Shown: positions 11,921 through 21,180 of the stretch, piece after piece
How positions within the stretch are numbered: position 1 is the first letter of the stretch
How the letters are laid out: each line of letters opens with the position of its first letter
NCBI GenBank assembly: GCA_965240325.2
Contig: OZ251225.1
Coordinates: 496,001-560,000, forward strand
Reading direction: 5' to 3'
DNA: 64,000 bases
From: Rebecca billardiae RCC1528
Lineage: Eukaryota; Protista; Haptophyta
The notes under the pieces: model-generated
Seen by the model: the letters and a program-made list of their open reading frames with translations, nothing else
Databases searched by the model: none
Told to the model about the DNA's origin: nothing
Position numbers and translations under genes: made by a program

Positions 11921-13258
11921 GGGTGGAATTCCCATTTTCTGGCGCACTTCCGCACTGGGGAGGCGGAAAAGCGGCATTTAATACGCGAATAAGGAATAAA
12001 TAAAGAATAATGGGAGTAAAGCGCACGCAGTGCGAAGAAATTTTTTCGGGTTAGTATCAGCGTAGTTATTCGATGCGAAGCACCATCTGCTGCGAGGCGG
12101 CCTGCTTGCGCACGCGGCGTCCCGAGCACCCTCGGGGCTCAGCTGCGGCTCGGCCTGCGCACGCTCAGCAAGCTCGCGTGCGGCCTGCACCTTGCCCGCC
12201 GCCTCGACTCTCGAGCAAGAGGATCGACGTATGAGCGAGCGTGTGCCGCCGAGCTGCTGTCCGGCAGCCACCCGCGACTGCAGCCGCTGGCCGCGGTGCC
12301 TGGCCTCGGCGCGGCCCCACAGGCTCAGCGCTGGGAGCTCCTCCTCCTCCTGCGCTCCTCCTCCAGGCGTTTGAGCCGCCGCCGCCTTGGCCGCCTCGTC
12401 CTCGTCGATCAGCTGAACGGCGGGAGTGATGTCTCTGCTCAGCTGAGTGTGACGTGACAAGCGAGGCGACGAGCGACAGCAGCCCGATGACCAAGCCGAC
12501 GAGCTCATCGTACGAGCCGTCACGCGTGCGCTCGTGCCGTGTCTGAGCTGGCTCGCGCTCGTACGCCGACCAGGCTTTACTCGGACTGAACGCGTGTGCT
12601 CAGGCGTCCTTGCGTGTGCGCTTGGACGGCCGCGGGCCGTCATCTGGTCCGACCGCGCGCAGCTCGATCTCGGAAGCGTTGAGCTGCTCCGCGGTTGACT
12701 CAGCCTCTGCCCCAGGCTCGACCACGGCAGCAGGCCCCGCAGCAGCCGCCAGGTAGCATCGGCAGGAGCCCCTGCGCCACCCGACGCCGTCCGCACATCG
12801 GCCAGCTCAGTGGCGCACACGCGCTGGACCACGGCCTCGCCGCGCTTGACGCGGATGTGGTGCCAGGTCGTCGTGCCAATCGTTTGGCTATCGACAACGG
12901 GCACGGGCACCTCGATCACGACAACGCCTGTCGCGTAGGCTGTGTAGCGATGTCCGTCCACGACTCCGTCGTGGGTGGACGGCGCACGCCATCGCGGCCG
13001 TGGGCGCAAGTGTCTCGTGAATTGTTTTTTTATTCACTAATTCGCCCAGCCGCTACATCGAACTCGACAACGGTTGATTTTACACCCGCGGTCTTTTGAC
13101 TGTGCAAATGGGGCGCCGCCCCATGCTCAAATCCGAAGAGAACGAAGATGTAAAAGTGTCTGGTCCCTAGATACTGTGCTGTCCGGGTCCGGCGGTCCGG
13201 TCAGATCTGAGCAGCCGGATTTTCCACCCGGACAGGCCAGAAAATGGGATTTTCACCC
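11921..13258. mobile_element. Non-autonomous DNA transposon, imperfect 23-bp TIRs, GGG..CCC termini, 4-bp TSD ATCA (Sola2-like)
   Basis: GGGTGGAATTCCCATTTTCTGGC (11921-11943) vs GCCAGAAAATGGGATTTTCACCC (13236-13258). ATCA flanks both ends (11917-11920, 13259-13262). Confidence 0.75.
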
Positions 13259-13859
13259 ATCAGTCCCGGTCCGAGGCAGCTACTTATTAGTGCTGATCAT
13301 CGATGCTATAGCAGCACTACTATACTACTATTATTAACTAGCAGTCGTTACGTACCAGTGTCCAGTAACATGTCCAATTAGTCCAAGACCAAGACTAATA
13401 TTACAGGTAAGCTACTACTACTAATACCCTTATACCGTCGATGACAAATTGACAGTCGTCTGACGATGAGCCGCCGTGAAGTTCCTAGTTAGCGAGTGGT
13501 GACGAAGCTGAGTATTTCGTCATCCGTTTTTTTCAGTGAATCCGATAAATCCGATAATACAGCAGTCGTTTTTTAAATTCCCCTTTATAACGGGCTCCGG
13601 GTGATCAGGCTGGCGGCCGAAGCCTCCAGCCCTACCCTGGCCAGCCCCCAACCAACCACCACCCTCACCCAACCTCAAACCACTGACCGAGACACCTAGT
13701 GTCTTGACACCACTCCACTGTGGACAGCCCGCCTCCAGAGGGGGCGGGGGTATGCCATTGCCAACAGCATACGAGCGTCCGATCCCTTTGAGCTTGCTGA
13801 TGAGTTTGATCCGATGCCGACGCGGGCGGCCGCCGACCGACAACCAGTGACCAGTCACG

Positions 13860-14963
13860 ATGGCGGCGGGCGGCGGCAGGTCACAACCACTGGCAAAGCT
13901 GTGTCTGCTGGTGGTAGTGAGCAGCAGCTGCTGGCCAAAACTCTCGACCACGACGGCGCTGGATGTTGGTGCCGTCTACATGCTTGTCCTGCCGAACGCA
14001 GCACCGGAGAAGCACCTGGCAAAGTCCGCCGAGGAGGCGGTAATGTCAGCCGCGCACTTTCGGTCCTGGGCCGAGCCCCGGCTACCCATGGAGCTGTTCT
14101 CGAACGAGCGAGCGCGCGCGGCGCTGAGGGGAGCGCGCTATCCTGAGACATGCGTGTGGAACGCCACTGAGCTCTGGGACTTCCACAGCGAGGCCACAGT
14201 CCTGCACCCTGCCGTCGCTGGGCACGTGCGCGCTGCGGAGGCGTCTCAAGCAGAGAACACGACGGGAGCTCAAGCGGCGGAAGTGTCTGTGTGGCTGCTC
14301 AAGATTAACGTCCTCTTGCGCGCGCGATTTGAGCGCACGCTCTTTCTTGATCTGGACATTTGGCTCGCGCAGCCGGCGTTCCCTGCCAACGTGCTCGAGC
14401 AAACCCTCAACGTGACAGACGCTGCATTCGTGGTGGACGCAGGCCGCCCGAACAAGCACCACACCTTCCTGCCGAGACGGGTGCGGCGCTGGTGGGCGGC
14501 ACCGCCGCCGATGTGCAGCTGCCTCGTGGCGTACAGGAAGACGGCCGCGGTCGTCCGCTTCTTCGCGGGCGCAGCACGCCGCTTCCTCGCCGGCGACTTT
14601 CTGGAATCCCGCAAGCACACGGACCAGGAGGCCATGTACTCAGAGTGGCTACAGTCGCAGGATCCTGCGCTGCGGCTGCTCCTGCTGCCGGAGGAGTACT
14701 ACTGCCCGCGCTGGGGTGACTTCGGCTTCAACTTCGCCGATGCGCAGGGGAAGCCAATCACGCGCCTCGTCGACGCAGAGTGGCACACTGACTTTGGATG
14801 GCCGTACTACTGCCGCACCGTGCACGGCCACCTGCGGGCTGCGGACGATCCATTCTACGCGCTTGTGACGGCGCACATCATTGAGTCGCGATGCGTTGAG
14901 CACCACTCTACTGGCCGCGCAAGACTGGCATCACGACGTGCGGCAGGCGAGCCGAATGGATGA
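13860..14963 (+). CDS. Secretory-pathway GT-A fold glycosyltransferase (nucleotide-diphospho-sugar transferase-like)
   Basis: Hydrophobic N-terminus; WLLKINVLL..FERTLFLDLD (DxD); TDQEAM; LLLLPEEY; C-terminal His motif VHGH. Confidence 0.75.
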   Translation: MAAGGGRSQPLAKLCLLVVVSSSCWPKLSTTTALDVGAVYMLVLPNAAPEKHLAKSAEEAVMSAAHFRSWAEPRLPMELFSNERARAALRGARYPETCVWNATELWDFHSEATVLHPAVAGHVRAAEASQAENTTGAQAAEVSVWLLKINVLLRARFERTLFLDLDIWLAQPAFPANVLEQTLNVTDAAFVVDAGRPNKHHTFLPRRVRRWWAAPPPMCSCLVAYRKTAAVVRFFAGAARRFLAGDFLESRKHTDQEAMYSEWLQSQDPALRLLLLPEEYYCPRWGDFGFNFADAQGKPITRLVDAEWHTDFGWPYYCRTVHGHLRAADDPFYALVTAHIIESRCVEHHSTGRARLASRRAAGEPNG

Positions 14964-16042
14964 GGCGACGACGGACGGTCCCGATTTACTCATTTAGGGA
15001 TGACGACGACGGTATATAGCTTATATATATATATATATCCGTATAGCTATATCGTATATTAGACGTAGTCGGGAAAGTGTAGCAGCCGCCCATCATTATT
15101 TACAGCAGTAGTAACAGTCGTAGGCGGGCGCGACTCACGGCCGGGCGAGCCGAATGGCGGACTACTAATATATATAATGCCCGCGGCGCGGCGGATGAGA
15201 GCAGTGATTATGAGAGTGAGACCTGGGCCAACGGCCAAGCATGCAATAACGGGCCAGACGAGCCCGACGGGGACCGCCGACGGTAGTTAGTGCGCGGTAC
15301 CGTGTACGGACTGTCGCAGCCGTACGAACCGCAGTGAATTCTACGCCATCGTCGGCTGCACGGTACATCAGAGAGTCACTTGAGAGTTGAGTGAGGAGGC
15401 GCCGGCGCCGACGGGCGGCGCGCGCAGTAGTCAGTCGCGCGTTGACCCGCGAATAAATGCGAATTGTGTCGTCCTGAGCACTTATTATATAGTCGGGCTT
15501 GATTGATGATCATGATGACTATCTTGATTATTGAGTGATCCAAACGCGTATATCGTCGTCGGATTGATGCGCGGCAATAATATATATATATATACGGTAT
15601 CGTCGGCGGATCGGATCAGCACATGCAGTGACGATGCAGTACGTAGAGTAACTACGCGACGCGCTAGTGTAACACGGTACGGTTCAAAGTCAAACGGCGG
15701 GCCGGGGACTCACGGAGTGATGACTCACAGTCACTACAGACATCTGAGTAGACTGCTAAGCAGACGTAGTCGTAGAGTGGCACTCGGCCCGAGTTGCAGT
15801 TCAGGATCCCGAGCCCCCGTAGTTCTCAGGCCTGACCTGCGCTACCGCCTCTGAGCCTGAGGCCTAGGCGCGGCAGGCGCGGACCGGAGTATCGTCACGC
15901 GTGAATAATATCAGCAGCATATCGATCGTCATCATATCATCATGCTGCTGCAGTCTGCTGCTGGCATCTCTGTCATCTGCTATCTGCTGGCACCCACCCG
16001 TCGGTGAGCATGAGTGGCCGTCATTCCCGCGTACTCTTACGG

Positions 16043-17803
16043 TTAGAGGACGGCGTAGAACGAGAGCGCGATTGGGAATACGAGCGTGGCTGTGGGCAGC
16101 GCGTACGCGGCCGCCATCCCGATCGGCGCGGTGCTGACGCACGCCTCGATCAGCCCCGCGAGCGCGAGTGCGCTGACGACCCACGAGACGCCGTAGTACA
16201 CGCGCACGGCGGTGCGCTGCATGCCCTGCTCGTTGCGCCGCTCCACCGCCATGAAGAGCGCCTGCGCGATGAACGTGTCCGTGCCGAAGACGTTCTGTAT
16301 GGCGCCCACAATGTACGCGCGCGCGTCCAGCTTGCCCTCGAGCACCCACGGCGCGGCGAGGAAGGCCTGCGGGTAGAGCGCCGCCGCGGCCAAGACGCCG
16401 CCCGCGTACAGCGCCTCGCGCAGCCCGACGAGGACGGACAGCGCACGCAGCCACCCGCTCAGCTGCGCCCAGCCGCCGCTGAGCATGATGAAGTAGATGA
16501 CCGGCTCGGGCAGGTGCCAGAGCAGCACCTTCGCGCCGACGACGATGGGCGCGGCCCACGCGCTCCAGCCGGCCAGCCCCGCCGCCTCCACCCACTCCGC
16601 CCCCTCGATCGTGTACACGACGCGGTACACGGACAGCCCGAGCTGCTCGTCGTCGTCCACCAGCCGCTGGTGGCGCGGGGGGCAGCAGCCGCAGCAGCCG
16701 CAGAAGAGCACGTCGCGCGTGAGCACGAGGAGCATGTCTCCGACCAGGCGCAGCACGAGGACCACGCACACGAGGATGAAGAAGCCCAGCGGCTGCTCAT
16801 CCAGCGCGGTCGCCAGCAGCTGGTGGTTGAAGACCATCCGCGCAAAGAAGCCGGACTCGCGCAGGTAGCCCGAAAACCGCTCCTTCGGGCGGAAGCCTGG
16901 GTGGCCGTCGCCGGAGCCGTCATCATCGTCGTCGTCGTCGTCATGGGCGTGGCGCCCTTCGCCGCCCGTGCAGCAGGCCATGCAGCCGCACGCGTTCTCG
17001 ACGTCGGCGAGCCTCGCGCAGCCCAGCTCCGCCTCGAGCAGCGCACACGCAGACGCGCACGGCTCGCGGGAGCACGGCAGAGCGAGCGGTGGCTCAGGTG
17101 GCGCCGGTGGTGCCGGCGGTGGGCTCGGTGCGTTGCAGCACTCGAAGCAGTCGCACGAGTCGTCGACGTCGAGAAGCGCGGCGCAGCCCAGCTCCGCCTC
17201 TAGGGACGCGCACTCCGTGGCGCATGGCTCGACACGGCACGTCGGCGGGGGCGGCGGTGTTGGCGGCAGTGGTGGCGAGGGCGGTGGCGGCGGCGGCGAC
17301 GGAGGCTGTGACGGCGGCGGGCTCGGCACGTGGCAGCACCTGAAGCAGTCACACGCATCATCGACGTCGAGAAGCGCGGCGCAGCCCAGCTCCGCCTCTA
17401 GGGACGCGCACTCCGAGGCGCATGGCTCCGTGAGGCACGTCGGAGGCGGCGCCGGTAGTGGTGGCGAAGGTGGTAATGGCGGCCCGCTGGGCCCATCGGC
17501 CAACGCCCTCCGTGTCGGAGGCCGTGCGGTCGCACTGATAGTGGGCGAGATAACCGCATCGCAGCAGCCCGCGCAGTCGCAGCCGCTCGTGCGGGCTGAT
17601 TGCGCGCACGTGAGAAGGTGCCGCACGCCGCCACACGTTGACGCGCCGCACCGTGAGTCACAAACTGCGCGCTCCATGCTCGCGCCGACAGGCATGGGGG
17701 CGGAGAGCGCCGCTCCAAAAAGCGCGGCCCAGAGAGCCGCGCGCAGGGGCCCTCCCCGGCATCTTCGCCTGACGTGGCCGGCAGCCACGCCGGCGCCCCG
17801 CAT
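16043..17803 (-). CDS. Membrane protein with signal peptide, four Cys-rich modules separated by Pro/Ser linkers and multi-pass C-terminal region
   Basis: Signal-like RAALWAALFGAALSA; three near-identical C..EPCAxxCAxLEAELGCAxLxDVxxxCxCxxCC repeats plus one divergent N-terminal module; PPSPPP linkers; about 6 hydrophobic segments. Confidence 0.75.
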   Translation of the reverse strand: MRGAGVAAGHVRRRCRGGPLRAALWAALFGAALSAPMPVGASMERAVCDSRCGASTCGGVRHLLTCAQSARTSGCDCAGCCDAVISPTISATARPPTRRALADGPSGPPLPPSPPLPAPPPTCLTEPCASECASLEAELGCAALLDVDDACDCFRCCHVPSPPPSQPPSPPPPPPSPPLPPTPPPPPTCRVEPCATECASLEAELGCAALLDVDDSCDCFECCNAPSPPPAPPAPPEPPLALPCSREPCASACALLEAELGCARLADVENACGCMACCTGGEGRHAHDDDDDDDDGSGDGHPGFRPKERFSGYLRESGFFARMVFNHQLLATALDEQPLGFFILVCVVLVLRLVGDMLLVLTRDVLFCGCCGCCPPRHQRLVDDDEQLGLSVYRVVYTIEGAEWVEAAGLAGWSAWAAPIVVGAKVLLWHLPEPVIYFIMLSGGWAQLSGWLRALSVLVGLREALYAGGVLAAAALYPQAFLAAPWVLEGKLDARAYIVGAIQNVFGTDTFIAQALFMAVERRNEQGMQRTAVRVYYGVSWVVSALALAGLIEACVSTAPIGMAAAYALPTATLVFPIALSFYAVL

Positions 17804-18079
17804 GTCGCCCCTCACGAGGCTCGTCTCGTAGTTATGATGGCTTGATCGGTGCTGCATCAAGTTTACGGTCATCGGTGATGCGCGGCGCGAATACAGAGCC
17901 GAGCGACGCGGCTCATCAAGCTAAATACTGTGCAACCACAACCGAACGCGAGTCGGTGGCAGCGGCCGCCGCCGCCGGCCCCGAAATTGAGGCGCTCAAC
18001 TTTGGCCGGAAATGGCCGACTACGTTTCATAAACTGTTTCTCCCAATAATACGAGCAGTGAAAACTGAAAAGAGACTGA

Positions 18080-18231
18080 CTCATTCTATGATTTAACGAC
18101 ACAGGTAGGACGGCGCAGGTCTCCTGATTCGTCGTCGGCAGTGCCCGATCGTCGACACGAAGTCGGCGCTGGTGGCAGAGCATAGCCTGAACCGCGATCG
18201 AATGGCTTGAGCGCGGCCTTGAGCTGCTGGA
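18080..18231. repeat. Dispersed repeat copy 1 (probable retroelement 3' end on - strand)
   Basis: Near-identical to 28438-28610 (CTCATTCTATGATTTAACGACACAGGTAGGACG...GAGCTGCTGGA). Confidence 0.9.
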
Positions 18232-18320
18232 GCGCGATCCACCTGCGCTGCGCGGCTCGCATGGACCTGCTGTGCCCCGAGCGAGGGCGAGGGTGCAGGT
18301 CCGGATGTCAGACGGCCGTC

Positions 18321-19106
18321 TCAGCCGCTGGGCCCTGGCGGGTGATCCGGCGGTGATGTAGTCGTCCCCGTGTGCCCTGCGCGGCCGCGTGCGCGCTTGC
18401 CGCTCTGCTCAGCTGGCTTGCTGGCGGCGGCTGGCGCTGCTGCGGCGTGCAGGGTACGCTTTGCCCCCGACTGCTGCGCATCCTCGTCGTCCGAGTCGTC
18501 GTCCATGGACGAGTCTCGGTCCGCGTGGGGGACAGCAGCTGGAGCAGGCGCAGGTGCTGCGGGCAGAGAGGCCGCCAGCCGCGCCGCCTTGCGCTCCTGG
18601 CGTTTCTCGACGGCGCGCCGCGACGAGGTGCGGCGGCTCGATGGAGATCGAATCCGCCTGCCTTGCGCGTCACGCCGAGGCCCGCGCTTCCCGCGCCGAG
18701 GCTTCTTCTTCCGCTTCTGAGAGTGCTGCTGCTCGCCGTTTGCAGCCTGCACTCCAGTACCCGAGCCCTGCGCGGCGAGCGCGCGCGCCGGCGGAGCCGA
18801 CTTGCGCGCTCGGCGCGGGGCGGGATGCAGGGGAGCTTTAGAAGGCGCGCCACCACCTCCCTCGCGCCGCTGGCTGCCACCAGCGGGGGTTCCCTGTGGA
18901 GAAGCATCAGGCCCTTGTGCATCAGGCGGACGCACAGACACCGTCAGACGGACACTCCCATCTGGCAGGAGGGAGATGTGCACCGCGCGCGGGAGGCCGT
19001 CGGCGGCGGTGAGCCTTGCTGCGTCACGCCAAAGGCGGACGTAGAGGCGCACCCAACGATCCGACAGCCCCTCGGGCAGCAGCGCAGTCACGTCGAGGTC
19101 GTCCAT
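18321..19106 (-). CDS. Hypothetical basic protein, possibly ORF1/gag-like of a mobile element
   Basis: ATG-started 261-aa ORF with a small globular N-terminus and a very basic tract (KRKKKPRRGKRGPRR). It lies just upstream of the dispersed repeat. Confidence 0.45.
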   Translation of the reverse strand: MDDLDVTALLPEGLSDRWVRLYVRLWRDAARLTAADGLPRAVHISLLPDGSVRLTVSVRPPDAQGPDASPQGTPAGGSQRREGGGGAPSKAPLHPAPRRARKSAPPARALAAQGSGTGVQAANGEQQHSQKRKKKPRRGKRGPRRDAQGRRIRSPSSRRTSSRRAVEKRQERKAARLAASLPAAPAPAPAAVPHADRDSSMDDDSDDEDAQQSGAKRTLHAAAAPAAASKPAEQSGKRARGRAGHTGTTTSPPDHPPGPSG

Positions 19107-19606
19107 GCGAGCGTCGCCATGTACACGTGGACAGGAGTGAAAGATCGAGTCTCGACTTGAATTTGTTCATAAGCAGACACCGCTTGTCGAGTCAGTCGAG
19201 CGAGTGCTTGGAGTTGGACTGTCGAGACAGTCATCTGTGTCGAGTGATCTGTCATCTGACCCGGTCATCTGAGTGTTGTGGGCGGTATCATATAAGAGCT
19301 TACGGTCGCGTGTGGCACAGTGACAGTGCGCTCTAGCTACCGAACCGTAGTAGCGTGAACAAGATCCTGTACTGTATGCAAGGCCAAGCTGAAGCTGCCT
19401 GAACTCTGAAGCCTGACACCGTTGACAGCCCGACACTCGGACAGTCGACATCGCCGGGCGCTCGTGGTCACCATGACCATGCCCGTCGATCTGCGCCATC
19501 GATCGACGCCAACGGCGTTTCCTCGTCTGCTCACGCTCGGTCGCGTGCACCCTGCAGGCACACCTGGGCCGCGTCGGCGCAGCTTGAGTCGCTCGGCGGT
19601 CACTGC

Positions 19607-20977
19607 TCACGGCTTGCCGCACGGCACGAGCAGCTTGAGTGTCGCGTCCTCGGCGCTGTTCGAGTTGGAGTAGGCGAAGCAGGCACGCGGCTCCGACGCC
19701 GCCGTGCACATGATCAGCACGCGCGACGCCGGCCCCGCCGCGAGGCGCGGCGTCGTGCACAGCTTCTTGCCCTGTGCCGAGGCCTTGTCCGAGCCGAGGT
19801 CCCACACGTGTGCGACCGACTCAAACTGGCTGCCGGTGATGGCGATGCCCGCAGCGTTGCACACCGAAATGCGGTGCGCGGCCGCGTGGCGGTACTGCTT
19901 GGACGGGCCGGTGCCGCTCGCCGTCGCGTGCCACCCGTCCGTGCGGTAGGACTCGCCGGACGCGCAGCGCTCGCGCCCGTCATCGAGCTCGATCTTCGAC
20001 AGCATGGCGTCTGAGCCGACGCTGAGCAGCGAGCAGCCGTGCGGCGCGCGCCAGAGCGCGAGGTCGAACACGGTCGCGTCGCGGTCGGTCTTCTTGAGCG
20101 GCGAGTGCATGCGCGCCGTGAGCACGGGCGGCCCACCGGCGCGCTCGCCGTCGAGCGGCGCGACGAGCACGCTCCCATGGTGGCCCAGCAGCGCGAAGCG
20201 CTCGCCGCTGGGGTCGACGTACAGCGCGGTCGCCTGCAGGAGGCCGCGCTCGCCCCCGCCCGAGCGGCCGAGCACCGCGCCGAGCTTGCTGCCGGACGGC
20301 GTGAGGTCGACGTTGGCGTCGAGCGTGCACGTGAGCGGCGTCGCGCTCGCAGCGCCGTCGGACGGCGCGGCAGCGCGCACCGTGAAGAGGAAGAGCCGCT
20401 TGTCTGTCACCGCGAGCAGACTGACGGCGCCCTCGGCCGCAGGCGCCGCGTGCAGGGCCTTCAGGTAGCCGTCGCGACCGTAGCCCGTGTCGGCCGACCG
20501 TCCGGGCATCTCGAGCTCGGGCACAAGCGCCTCGACGCCGGGCAACGAGCAGATGCGCAGGCAGCCCGCCCGACCAGACAGGCCGCCACGGTCGACTGCG
20601 ACGGCGACTGCGTCGAGGCCTGGGAGCGGCGCGAACTTGTCCCCCGGCATCGTGCCCACCTTGGCAAGGTCCTTCAGCCCGGCCGGCGAGGCCGCGGACG
20701 CGCCGGCCGGGAGCTCCCACACCTCCTCCCCCAGCAGCAGCTCGCGCCCATCGCGCAGGGTGGCGAAGGCGAGCGACTGGTCCTGGTAGGACGCTTCCGG
20801 CACAGGCACGGAGCGCGCTTTCGCCCACGCGGCCTTGGTCGGCACCGAGCCGCCGTCGCTCGGCTTGGCGCGCTTGCTGCCGCCGCCGGCCTTCGCAGCC
20901 TTCGGTGCGGGCGCCGCGCGCTTCGCGTTGTGCGAGCTTGCGCCGTTCTCGCCGAGCCGCACGACGAACTTGTCCAT
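19607..20977 (-). CDS. WD40/beta-propeller protein with basic N-terminal tail
   Basis: VFDLALW..LLSVGSDAMLSKIEL and AITGSQFESVAHVWDL blade motifs; start MDKFVVR; NLS-like KRAKP. Confidence 0.7.
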   Translation of the reverse strand: MDKFVVRLGENGASSHNAKRAAPAPKAAKAGGGSKRAKPSDGGSVPTKAAWAKARSVPVPEASYQDQSLAFATLRDGRELLLGEEVWELPAGASAASPAGLKDLAKVGTMPGDKFAPLPGLDAVAVAVDRGGLSGRAGCLRICSLPGVEALVPELEMPGRSADTGYGRDGYLKALHAAPAAEGAVSLLAVTDKRLFLFTVRAAAPSDGAASATPLTCTLDANVDLTPSGSKLGAVLGRSGGGERGLLQATALYVDPSGERFALLGHHGSVLVAPLDGERAGGPPVLTARMHSPLKKTDRDATVFDLALWRAPHGCSLLSVGSDAMLSKIELDDGRERCASGESYRTDGWHATASGTGPSKQYRHAAAHRISVCNAAGIAITGSQFESVAHVWDLGSDKASAQGKKLCTTPRLAAGPASRVLIMCTAASEPRACFAYSNSNSAEDATLKLLVPCGKP

Positions 20978-21180
20978 TGGCTCGAGCGCTCGGTGAATCG
21001 GTGATTGACCGTTTGCACGATCTCGGCAAAAAGAGTTGACGCGCATCATCTGATTGGTCATGACGCCTCCAACTTCCCTGGCCAAGGGGCCAATCACAGC
21101 AGAGCTAGCGCATTCGGGCTGCCCAGCTCGCCGCCGCCGGCGTCGACCGGCCGCCGCCGTCACCAGCGACTACAGCACAC
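20978..21180. promoter_or_regulatory. Bidirectional promoter with oppositely oriented CCAAT boxes
   Basis: 203 bp between divergent ATGs; ATTGG at 21053-21057 and CCAAT at 21090-21094. Confidence 0.55.

Noticed and set aside
13518-15006. Possible TIR pair (TCGTCATCC / GGATGACGA) enclosing the glycosyltransferase
   Set aside because: Only 9 bp, no TSD seen; compatible with chance
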